Made by a program: the position numbers and the translations under genes
Shown here: positions 15,277-34,717 of the stretch, in pieces
How the letters are laid out: each line of letters starts with the position of its first letter
How positions within the stretch are numbered: the first letter of the stretch is position 1
Source: Chrysomallon squamiferum
Taxonomy: Eukaryota; Animalia; Mollusca
Length of the DNA stretch: 64,000 nucleotides
Direction of reading: 5' to 3'
Assembly (NCBI GenBank): GCA_012295275.1
Contig: CM022674.1
Coordinates: 7,068,001 to 7,132,000 of the forward strand
The notes under the pieces: model-generated
Told to the model about the DNA's origin: nothing
Seen by the model: the letters and a program-made list of their open reading frames with translations, nothing else
The model's database searches: none

Positions 15277-15319
15277 TGTGTGTGTGAGTGTGTGTGTGTG
15301 AGTGTGTGTATGTGTGTGA

Positions 15320-15357
<38 letters not shown>

Positions 15358-15737
15358 CTATACCTATACTATCTATTTCTCTGAGTCTGGATATATTTAA
15401 TTTCAAATACGTTATTGCATATATAAATGTATTATGCACATATGTATTTGAGCAGTGCATTTTCAAATATTTGCTATTTTGTAGAGGAAATACATCTAGT
15501 TAGTCAAACTGTGTAGATATTTTTACAAAGTATTTAAAGTACAAAGTGACACCTAATGTCACACAATCTGGCAACTGTTAAAACCTAAAAATTGTCGGCC
15601 ATCTTGAAGCCATGATAGCAGTCAGGTGTCTGGCAGGATGGGAGGTGCTGGTTCTGTATAAGGAGGAAAACAAGAACAGATGAGCGATATTGTTTTCAAG
15701 GTAGGTTACTGGGGCAAACACTGCCCTGTCTGACAGC

Positions 15738-15756
15738 TGGTCACCAGGTGGCGCTG
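15738..15756 (+). promoter_or_regulatory. CTCF-like binding motif in an E-box-rich island
   Basis: TGGTCACCAGGTGGCGCTG resembles the CCASYAGRKGGCRS consensus; motif match only. Confidence 0.45.
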
Positions 15757-15879
15757 TCTGACTGAGTGCTGACATTTTGTGTGTTTACCTGATCAGTGCA
15801 AGTTGGTAGGTGTTAGAGTAAATAAACACTGAACTCTGTACGTACACAGTCACACTGACACACACACACACAGACACAT

Positions 15880-15923
15880 ACATACACAGTCACACGCACA
15901 CATACACCCATACATATACCCAT

Positions 15924-15965
<42 letters not shown>

Positions 15966-16272
15966 ACCCATACATACCCATACATATACAAAAGTACATA
16001 TACACATGTATATACACACACACATACAATCACACATACACACATACATACATACATACATACAGACATACACACACACACACACACACACATAGACATA
16101 CACACATTTTACATAAATGTTTTTAAAAAACACACACACACACACACACATACATACACACACATCCACACACATACACACACAGATACACACACACAGA
16201 CACACACACACATATTATAAACATACAGTCACATGCACACATACACCCATACATATACCCATACACATATAT

Positions 16273-16318
<46 letters not shown>

Positions 16319-16415
16319 ATACATACCCATACATATACAAAAGTACATATACACATGTATATACACACACACATACAATCACATATACATGCATACATAC
16401 ATACATACATACATA
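15880..16415. repeat. Duplicated CA-rich block
   Basis: CACCCATACATACCCATACATATACAAAAGTACATATACACATGTATATAC near 15965 and 16313. Confidence 0.8.
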
Positions 16416-17017
16416 TACACACACATTTACACACACTTGCATGCATAATTTACACAATGTTTTAATCAAACACACACACACACACACTACTATCTCTGAC
16501 ACAGGAGTTTTCACAATGTGGTATTGATGAAAGTCTGGCTGTACTCTAGCTAAGAGTGTACTTTCTGCTGCTGAATGTGGGTGAGAAGGGAGGTGGAACT
16601 GGATAACATTACTCTTTGATTTCTAAACACATTTGGGGAGGGAGGCTATGAAAGGGATCTTTTTTCTTTTGTTTTTTATTTTGGAGGTATTTTTTTTTTT
16701 CTTCTTTCTGTTTTTCTTTCTCTTTTCTTTGTTTTGTTTTTTGTTTAATGTTCAGATATTAAATACTGAAACAGAGTGAATGTAATTGTTGTTTTGTTTT
16801 AAGGTGAAAATGGAAGATAACCTTAGTTATTATTATTTGTACTTGGAGTGGTTGGTTTTGTCTGTGTTTTTTCTTTATTTCAATATTAAAATTGTTAAAG
16901 ACATTTTATTTATTTATATTTTATTTTATTTATTTTATTTTATTTATAAAAATTATTTACCTATTTATTTATGTATTCGTTCATTCATTTATTCTTTCTT
17001 TCATTTACAACATTGAC

Positions 17018-17107
<90 letters not shown>

Positions 17108-17130
17108 ACCACACACACACCACACACACT

Positions 17131-17177
<47 letters not shown>

Positions 17178-17202
17178 ACACACAGACACACACACAGACA
17201 CA

Positions 17203-17257
<55 letters not shown>

Positions 17258-18529
17258 CTTCTGCTTGCACTAAGAAATCCTTTTTTTTTTTTTTAAATTT
17301 AAAAAAACGTGACTCATTTTCTCAGCAGACTGATTGGGTTCCGCTCCACATACCACGCGACCTCTTTAACTTTGTATGAAAAAACATCTGTAGACTTCCT
17401 GTCCCAGCGACAGAATAAAATTTAATGAAATGTACTTGGATGATTCACGCCTGGTTTCACATAAGTGATCAGATAATTTTGTACTTTAGGCCACTTTACG
17501 ATTCTACGATGTCATCAATTATTTACGCAGTCGTGATCATGCCGTCATTATTGGTTTTGCTGTTGTCGTTGTATTTAATTTATTAATTTATTATTTGTAT
17601 TACTTCTTGTATTGCTATTACTGGCATTTTTATAACTGTTATTTATATTACTACTTCTGTTGTTATTACTGTTACTATTGTTATGTTGTTGTTACTATTG
17701 TTACTGCTTCCATTGTTACTACAATTATTACTGTTTTTTTGTTATTGCTACTATTATTTCTATTATTACTATTACTATTACAAGTAATTATTATTACTAC
17801 AACAACTACTTCTGTTATTACTACTATTTTCATAGTTACTACTACTGTTACTATATTTCTATTATTACTACTATTACTATTTATATTATTACTATTAATA
17901 TTGTTTCTATTATTACTATTATTACTATTATTATTACTATTTCTATTATAACTAATACTTCAAGTATTATTATTACAAATATTATTATTACTCTTACTAC
18001 TATTACTATCACTAATAAGGTTGCTGATGCTATTATAATAAGGAAGCCACAGTTGTTGTTGTTCTTATTGTTAATAATCTGCAGGAAAAACACTTATTTA
18101 AAAAAATTTTAAAATTCATTTAACGTTTCTGTTACAAATTCTATTTTGGATGTTCTATTTTATTTTCATAAAAGATGATTTATTTTCATCCAAATGGAAT
18201 TACAGCAAAATCAATTTTATTTAAAAATATTTTTATATTTTTTTAATTTTCTTTCCAATGTTATCTATTTTCACACACCTAACCATCATTAGAACCAAAG
18301 CTGCCATTGATATTTCTATATTTGGTCACACTGACTCCTCTTCCATCACAGACATCATTCTGTAGGACTGAAATCTTGGTCGGAATAAAAGCCAGACACA
18401 CCTAATCTATCTCCTGCGTCACAGACGTTTTGATACCACGCAGGAGCAGTTAACCTGTAATGATCACATTTGGCTAACACTGTCTACAGAAATAGCTCAA
18501 TTTATCTGCGAATAAAAGCTCCAGCCAGC

Positions 18530-18618
<89 letters not shown>

Positions 18619-19796
18619 AAGTACAAATATTGCCAATCACAGATAATTTCTAATAATAGTCCGAATGTTCTCGTAGGATATAGAATTCCTGCAGACATGG
18701 TAGTACAACTGGGTGTCAATATTATTGATGTTAGAACAGTCTATTTTTGTTTCATGTGCCGAAGAGGACTTGAGCAATATTTTTGTTTATAATATTAAGT
18801 TGGAATAATCAATATTTTTAGTTCACGTTGGATGGACGAAATAATTTTTGTTTTATAATGTGACGTTAAATGAAGTCATGAATATATTTTTATGTGTTGG
18901 TCAAAATAATCAGTATTTTTGTTTTATAATATAAATTAAATAATTAATACTTTTTTAATATGTTGGACAAAATATAAAATAAATCAATATTTTTGTTTAT
19001 AACATAACATTTAATGAAATTGTCAATATCTTTGTTTTATAATACATTAGATAAATCAATGAATGTTCTTGTTTATACTAAAAAAAAATATTAAAAATCA
19101 ATATTTTTGTTAATAACATAACATTAAATAAACATTTAATAAAATAGTCAATATTTTTGCATAATTATGTAGGTCAAAATAATAATAAAAAAAACATTCT
19201 TGATAATGTGACATTAGCTAAAAATAGGCAGTGTTATTGTTTATGAAGTGAATTATTAAAAGACGCAGATTGTATTATCATTGTATCTAATGTGACTATT
19301 AAATGAAATAATCAGTATTTTATTTTTATAAAGTTCACATTCTAACATGAAAAAGAAAATGTCTACAAGATAGTCTTTTTTATATAACTAGCTGTAAATT
19401 TTGATTCTGGTAAGAGTATCAAAATACATGTATATATATATGTGTGTGTGTATATATAAATTATATTAATCAACAATTACTTTATTTTATAACATAAAAA
19501 AAAAATATATTTTCTATATAACAAGTTCTAAGTTTGGTATTGATTCTTTTTCTTCAGAAAAACTAGACGTATTTTCTTATATTTGTCTTTTACATAACAC
19601 TCTTCTCTGCATAACTAGTAATTAACAAACAAACAAATAAACAAACAACAACAATAATGAACAGTGAAGCTATAGAGTAAATATTTGCGATTATCTCAAA
19701 AAATTTTGTACGCAGAATTTTAATCTCTAGGGCAGTTACGTATTTTTTTTATCACTATTTTTAAACAAGACTCTACCCTAAATATTTCTGTTTTAT

Positions 19797-20600
19797 CTTA
19801 CAAAATAGAAAATATTGTACACAGAATACTGATATCTAAACAGCAAGTTACATAAGACAGTTTATCATTGTTTTTACACATACCTATACTTCTGTTATTA
19901 CTGTATGTACATCTTACAAGATAGAAAATATTGTATACAGAATACTGATATCTATACAGCAAGTTACATAAGACTGTTTATCATTGTTTTTACACATACC
20001 TATACTTCTGTTATTACTATAAGTACATGTTACAAGATAGAAAATATTGTATACAGAATACTGATATCTATACAGCAAGTTACATAAGACTGTTTATCAT
20101 TGTTTTTACACATACCTATACTTCTGTTATTACTGTAAGTACTTCTTACAAGATAGAAAATATTGTATACAGAATACTGATATCTATACAGCAAGTTACA
20201 TAAGACTGTTTATCATTGTTTTTACACATACCTATACTTCTGTTATTACTGTAAGTACTTCTTACAAGATAGAAAATATTGTATACAGAATACTGATATC
20301 TATACAGCAAGTTACATAAGACTGTTTATCATTGTTTTTACACATACCTATACTTCTGTTATTACTGTAAGTACTTCTTACAAGATAGAAAATATTGTAC
20401 ACAGAATACTGATATCTAAACAGCAAGTTACATAAGACTGTTTAAAATTGTTTTTACACATACCTATACTTCTGTTATTACTGTAAGTACTTCTTACAAG
20501 ATAGAAAATATTGTATACCGAATACATACCTCTAAACAACAAGTTAAGAAGATTTTTTTTATCATTATACATACCTCTACTTCTATTATTACTAATGCTT
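19797..20600. repeat. 116-bp tandem repeat, about 7 copies
   Basis: Unit start TTACAA(G/A)ATAGAAAATATTG at 19798, 19914, 20030, 20146, 20262, 20378 and 20494. Confidence 0.95.
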
Positions 20601-22167
20601 TTCTACTTCTAATCCTACTTCTATTATTACTACTTCCTACAAGGTAAAAGTATTATACAGAACTCTATAGAGCAAGTTACGTAAATTTTATTTTTAAATT
20701 TTTATTTTATAGCTACTATTAATACTTCTGTTTTTTTATTATTATTATTTTTGCACATACCCTGTCCTACAGACTTTCCTGTGTTTACAAATTGTTTGCA
20801 GTTTTGATGTAGTCATGGAGACACTGTCATTGTTCAGACAACAAACGAAGCTATTAATAATAAATTATATTTGTTCTTCTTTTCTCACAGTGTTCACCTT
20901 TTCTATTCAGGAAGTTTTTTCTCCCACGATTCCCTGCTCAGCCTCATTGTGATAATGTCGAAAAGATTTATTTTTATTTTCTTTTATTTTATTTTTTTAT
21001 TATTTCTTGTTTGACCGGGTACATCTCTTTCTTCAAAGTGATTTTGTATGAAAGTGATTTATGTGCATTCCTTGAAGTATTTGATATTTTTTTTTTCATT
21101 ATTATTATTATTATTATTATTATTTATTATTTTTTTTGTTGTTGATTTGAAGAGAAATGTGTGAATCAATGCTGAACCTAGGTAATCGATGTTGTACAGC
21201 TAAAATGGACTGTGTAACAGTTGTGTGTTTTTATGTGCGACTGAACAGCAACAAAAAAAAATTAATAAAAAAACAAAAAAAAATCATTCCCAGGAGGCCG
21301 TTCATTAATGAAATTGTACGTAAAACAGGTTGTTTTCACATGAATGACAAAGTCTGTCGTGGTTCACTTGTTGCTGGGTGCATGGAAGTCGCAGACCAAT
21401 AAAACAACAATTTAATTCTGTGTTTAATAATTGGTTTAAATATCTAGAACAGGATGTAAGAAATGAGGTGTGAAGAGTCACAAGATCAAATCTCCGATAG
21501 TCTACATTCTGTTGTGTGTGTGTTTTTTTTTTTTGTTTATTCTTCTTCTTCAGATCAGTGAACTCTGAATTTATATTTTTGTTAAAAAAACCACACAAAA
21601 AACACCCCTAAAAAAAAAAACATAAACATAATAAAGAATCCAAAAAGAAAACAAATTATTACAAATCCAAAGCTTTATATTAATAATAATGATGATGATG
21701 AAAATGTTAACAATAATAACAGCAACAATAATAAAAAGATCAATAATAATAATAACAATAATAATAATAATAACAATAATGATAATGATAATGATGATGA
21801 TAATAATAATAACAGTAATAATAATAATAATAAAAACAACATTAATGATGATGATGATGATAAATATTTAGATAATACTTTAGTGGTTTTGGTGAACTTG
21901 ATGCACTATGTATTATAATCAAACAAACGTGACAATGAATTTTCTTTTTTTAAAATGTAAGATCATTAATAAAAGTTAATCAATTGTTTGCTAAGTCAGA
22001 ACATAACCTGTCTGTTCTTTTAATCAATTTTTTATTTTTTTATTTTTTTCATTTGGGTCACGTTTGAATGACAAATTTATCGTTAGGTTTGGTCTGTTTT
22101 TTGAATAGAAATTGTTCTGTTGTAACAATCATATCGATCTAATCTATTTAACTGGAGGGCATTGGGT

Positions 22168-22198
<31 letters not shown>

Positions 22199-22211
22199 TA
22201 TTTATTTATTT

Positions 22212-22242
<31 letters not shown>

Positions 22243-22815
22243 TCATTATATGCATAATCATTATCATTGTTATTGTTGTTATTATTATTATTATTATTAT
22301 TGTATTATTATTACGTTATCATCATCATCATCACCATCATTATCACTGTTTATATTATTATTGTTAATTGCTATTGTGATTATCATTATCGTCATCATTA
22401 TACATATTAGTGTTATTAATGTAATCATCATTAATAATATTGTTAGTTGTTGTTATTGTTATTATTATAGATCTTCTTATTATTAATATGTTTGTTGTTG
22501 TTGTTGTTGTTATTGTTATGATTATTACTATTTTCATCTTGTTACTATTATTATTATTATTATATTTGCTGTTTGTTGTTTGTGGAGTTAGAAAAGTGGA
22601 ATTAGTAACTGCGGTGTGAGACCAAACATCTGTTTTGTGATATAAACCATAAACAGGTTTGTTTGTGTGCACAAGTGAAACTTTACACAGAATAAATCTA
22701 ATTAATTCAGGACAGATCAAATAGTGAATAAAAATAAAACAAAAAACAAACAAACAAACATGGGAATTGGGCTGGTGGGAAACACAAGTGAAATATTTGG
22801 CTTGATAAATGTTGT

Positions 22816-22898
<83 letters not shown>

Positions 22899-24439
22899 CG
22901 TGCGTGAAATACAGTGTCAAGCCAAAGTTAATATTAAAAAATGTTGATGAATTTATAGATAAAAATTCAAAAATGAATTAAATACAATTGTGTTCAATTG
23001 AGAGAGAAAAAATGGAGATAATTCACATTAATATTTATATAACACACACATATACACATACATATTATACACATACATACATATGTACATACAAATGTAT
23101 ACAAACACACAATCATAAAAACAGATACTAGTATACACATAAATATACACACATTTACATAAAAATACACATAAATACACACACATATAAACAGCCTGCA
23201 CAAACATGTTTATTTAAATACACAAACACATGTACACATAGATACACACAAATACATATCCACATAAATACACACACAAATATATATACACAGACACACA
23301 CACACAAGCACATAAACACACATATACACACAAACACATATACATATAAACACACAAAAACATACTCATAAATACACAAACATGAATACATGTAAATACC
23401 TGCATAAACTTACATAAAGGAACATAATTTCTATCACACTGGGTACAAAAAAAAATTATTTTAAACTAATTCCTTAGATATTTCTTCTTCCATGTTCCTT
23501 TTTTTAATGAAGTGTTTCTGTTTGAAAAATACTTTCTTTCTATCATAATTTGAAGATGAATGACCAAATAAATATAAAATAATTTCAATTAAACCAACAT
23601 CCATTTGTCTGTCTGTTTGTCTGTCCTTTGTGTTCAAATTCACTGAAACATTTTGTAATTATTTTGTCACAATCTTTGTGTTGAGTCAAAAATGACAAAA
23701 ACAAACAAATATATAAATAAATAAATAAATTGTATATATATATATATATTATTTAGTTTTACTTTTCTTTTCTTTTTTAAATTAACCACTGAACAACGTT
23801 TTCTGTGAAATAGTTCCTGCAACCCGTAGAGGGCCTCACGCGACTCTTGGTTTGGTTTGAAAGTCGCAGACTCCCGCCCGCCCGCCCGCCTGGTGGGATA
23901 TGGAAATATGTGGGTCAGTTCTGTGACCTGTCTTTGACTTGGGGGACTGGGCCAGGGAGTGCGCAGACATTGACCGGGTTGAGGTCACTCATGTGTGTCC
24001 CCCCACCTGCCTCCCCCCTGGATAATGTAGATTAGTAGGGTAGCAGATTATGTTGCAATGAAAATGTTTCAAGTACAGCATGTGTTGTGTTCATGTCTTT
24101 CTTTTTTCTTTTTATTTTTTTAAATTTTATTTTAGAGAGAGATTTAAAAAAAATTTAAAATGTTTTAATGCTAGACTGTAATGTTTATTTATTTAATTTA
24201 TTTATTTATTTATATATTTTTTTATTATACATATATATATTTTATATATATGTATTTAATTTACTGATTCGATTTTATTTTACTTTACTCTTTTATTCTG
24301 TTTTGTTTGTTCTTTAATTTCATTTAATTTAAATGTATAAATTTTTAGGTTTTTTTTATTTTATTTAAAAAAGAAAAAGAAAAAATACAGCAACAACATC
24401 ACTAACAACAAATGGTTTGCCTGATGGTGAATACATGTG

Positions 24440-24484
<45 letters not shown>

Positions 24485-24603
24485 GTTTGTCTGTGTGTCT
24501 GTCTTTGTGTTTGTGTGTGTGTATATGTTTCTATGTTTTCTGTTAGTTTACTTAATATCATTGTCATCATTATCATGTTATTATTACTACTAATTCTATT
24601 ATT

Positions 24604-24647
<44 letters not shown>

Positions 24648-24841
24648 TATTATTATTATTATGACTACAAGTAAAATGGTTTTGGGTTGGTCTCACTCCC
24701 ACCAAGTTCAACTAACTGGATTAACCTGGATAATCTCATAATATGGATTATCTTTCCATTCATAATCCATTCTCCTGGATTTAACAAAATCATTACATTT
24801 CTACATTTTTCAGAACTACATATTTCTTTTTATTTAATGAA

Positions 24842-24906
<65 letters not shown>

Positions 24907-25694
24907 TGCACACACACACACACACACACACAAACACAACAAACACACACACACACACACAAACACAAACACACACACAAACAAATGTCACCACAGTAAA
25001 TAGATAAAATTCCTGTCACAATTGTTTGGCCTTGAGTTACTGGTGTTAAAAATGTCCTTCTTCCCACTCAAATACTTGTGCTTATTAAAACTGTTGTTTT
25101 TACAGTTTGTCTGTCTGTATGTTAGTCCTAGACCATATCAGTACTCATTAATATTAATAATTTATTGTGTTTTGAAATGTCTCTTCGTATGTTAGTATTC
25201 ACATAAATACTTACAGTTATTAACAATTTCCTTTATTTAATTTCTTTTTATTGTTGATTTTGCAATTTGTCTGTCTGTCTGTCTGTTTGTCTGCGCTAAT
25301 TTGTATAAAAACTGGTGGTTATTAAATGTTGATTGAATTTCACAGTCTGTGTGTGTGTTTGTCTGTTAGTGTTGTTTGCCTGCACACATTCATGTAATCA
25401 GTCTATGTGTGTGTGTCTGTCAGTTTCTGTACTTCAGACCAGACAAATTATTTTCATCTATTTCAGTACTGTTTGTGTTTACTGATTTTCACAATCTGAC
25501 TGTCTGTATGTTAATGTGTTTTAAATCATACAAATTCTTTCATTCATTAATAAAACTGATTTTAGTAGGTTTTAGTGTTTGTGCGTCTGTCCATATGTTG
25601 GTATATCTGACAAGTTGTGTTTATTTGTTAATACTGTTTTCTTTGTTTTTGTAATTGTGTTGTTATTTGTTTTGTTTTTTGTTTATTTTGTATG

Positions 25695-25725
<31 letters not shown>

Positions 25726-25808
25726 TGTAAGCTTGTTTCAGAGAATCTATAAGCCCACACACATTTTTGTAATTCCTGACATTGTTTTGTTGTGTTAGGT
25801 TTCACTGT

Positions 25809-25844
<36 letters not shown>

Positions 25845-26943
25845 ACCATCCTACTCAAATACTTGATAATTTACTAACAGTGTGTTGTTGTTTTTGTTGT
25901 CTGTGTGTGTGTGTGTGTTTGTGTGCGTGTGTGGGTGTTTGTGTGTGAAGAGAGAGAAAAGGAAAGAGATAGACAGATGAATAGATAGATTACATTTATG
26001 TAAATCGATATACATAAAGACTGTTACATATATAATTACATCCATACATCCATACACCCATACATTCATACATATATACAAACACACATATACACACATA
26101 TGCACACACATGTATAAACACACATACATATACATATATACACACACACATATACACATTACACACACATTCATACACAAACACACCTACCTAAATATAT
26201 GCACATTTACATACAAACACATGCACACACACACACACATGTACACACAAACACACCTGTACCCCCCATTGCCTGTGTACAAGTGTCACTACAGCAATGA
26301 ACATGAAATATCTCAGACATGGTCTATCACACGTGTATCTGACACATTATCATTATTAAAGGCCCTTGAAACTGTACACCATTCACTATTTTCATTATTT
26401 CTGTAATGTCTGTGTAGACATACAGTATTGATCTTTGTTCTCACAGTAACCTTTTTTTTTTTGTATGTGATTAACAAGTCTGTTGACATTCAGCAGTGAA
26501 AATGATGCAACATCTGGTTACATTGTACAGTTCAGTGTCATGTTAAGCTAGCTAGAGTTATCTCCCTTGAGTGTAAAAATGTATTTTAGAATTTTTGTTT
26601 TTTAATAATAATAATACATAATTGGTGTTACAATTCGGTGCTGTCGTTGATAGCAAATATTTATTTTGTTAATGTTATTGTTTTGTTTTGTTGTTTAGTA
26701 TTTTTATTGTTTATTATAATATTATTATTATTATTATTATTTAATTACATTATTATTGTTGTTTTTATCGTCATCATTGTTATTGTTATTACTATTATTA
26801 TGATTATTATTATTATTATTATTTATATTGTATTTTTATTGTTGTTTCTGTGGTTTTTATCATTATTGTTATTATTATATTGTTGTTCTGTTTTTTTTTA
26901 TCATAATGATCATTGTTATTGTTTTTGTAGTTTGTCAACATTA

Positions 26944-27022
<79 letters not shown>

Positions 27023-27024
27023 AG

Positions 27025-32959
<5,935 letters not shown>

Positions 32960-33222
32960 ATTTTAAAAAAAACAATATTAAACAAAAAGTTTTATGAAAA
33001 AAAAAATGAATAGATTCTAAATAATTATTATATTATGTTAACTTCTGAAAATCAGATAATTTACAAAGTTTTATGAAAAAGAAATTTAAAAAAGAAAATT
33101 AACCAATGAACATTATTAAATCAGTATTGAATATTTTAAGTAAAGAAGAATTTATTTAAATCTTTTTTTTTTTTTTTTTTTAAACTTGTTGTTTTGTATG
33201 ATAATTGTTTTCAGGATACTGA

Positions 33223-33228
33223 AATAAA
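33223..33228 (+). terminator. Candidate NOC2L polyadenylation signal
   Basis: AATAAA about 260 nt after the stop, followed by a GT/T-rich tract. Confidence 0.45.
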
Positions 33229-33486
33229 AAAAATAATTTGAAAATGATTTGTAAGTTTTGTGTTTTTATTATTATTGTTATTATATTATTGTACTGTTAT
33301 TACTATAATCATTCTCTCGCTTTCCCCCTCTCTCCAAAAAATGTATAAAAGAAGAAAATCATGGTATCTTTATTTACTAGAAATAATATCCAGCAAATGA
33401 GTTTTAAAAAAAAACAAGAAAAAAAAAACATTTTTGTAAATAGTTTTATTATGTACAATTTTAATGTAGATTAATTATTGTTTTTA

Positions 33487-33542
33487 TCACAAATTTTTTT
33501 CTGCTGTTAAAAGTTGATGAATCACTCGAATCAACGAAGAAT
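33487..33542 (-). CDS. DHX29: DHX29 terminal exon ([17 protein letters not shown])
   Basis: ttgcag|AT.., TGA ending at 33487; minus-strand AATAAA at 33445-33450 and 33369-33374. Confidence 0.85.
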
Positions 33543-34674
33543 CTGCAAACAAAAAAATAATAATTAAAAAATACATAAATTAGTTTTTACATTTTATTAA
33601 TTTTATAAGTTATAATAAATGTCAATGTTAATAAATGTTAATATATATTTAAGATAAAAATATATATAAATGTTTTTTTTTTGAAGGTGATTTGATATAT
33701 TTCCTGCCTTAACTTTTATAAATGGTATACATAAAAATTTAACATTCAAATCTTTAAAATATTAATATATTATAAACTTACAAGTATGAATGTCTTAAAA
33801 GTTCTCTGAACTGCTTTATTACTTCTGTTAAGTTTTGTTACTAATATTATTATTATTTATTAACATCATTATCCTTATTACTACTACTACTATTATTATT
33901 ATTATTATTATTATTATTTTACCTGAGAAGTCTATTGAAGGGTTTTCCAGTTTGTTTTGTAAAAGCTGAGCCAGCAGATGTCTAAGTTCTTTAAAAATGA
34001 CTCCAGTTCTTGCCATTGTCTGAAAAATACAAAATTATCTTTTCAGAGTTTAAAATAAAACTTAGGATCAATAAAACAAAGTTATTTAAAAAGGATTTTT
34101 TTGAAAAAGGACAAAAACAACAACAAAATAATAATAATAATAATAATAATAAAAACAACAACAATAAATACAATAAAATAAATAAATAAAAATACACTTA
34201 AACATAAAAATTAGAAAGTAAATAAAGTAGAATAAACAGACAAATAAAAAAAACTATAAAAAAAACAAAAAAATAAATAAAATAAAAAATAAACGCAATA
34301 AATAAACTAAACAAAACAAATAAACAAATAACTAAACAAAACAGACATCTGACCTTGAACTTGATCCAGCCGTCGACAGAAACAAGTTGTTGTGTGTGTT
34401 GTACGTCAATATCACCACCAAACAGCAGCAGGGGATATGGAGAGGTCAAGGTCGAATCTCGAACATACACCCGGGAAAGGCGTACCTGAATACATTTTGA
34501 AGGACAATTATTTTGTTTGTATATTATTTATATATTTAAAAAAAAAAAAATCATTTACACACACAGACACTATTATTAAAATGTAATAGTATAAAAATGG
34601 ATTATGTAATAAAATAAAGAATATTTTATAAATTAAATTTTTTGGGTGTCTGTCAGATGCATTTTTATACATAC

Positions 34675-34717
<43 letters not shown>

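Noticed and set aside
19797-20600. Possible CRISPR array
   Set aside because: Whole 116-bp units repeat with no unique spacers; eukaryotic context and no cas genes
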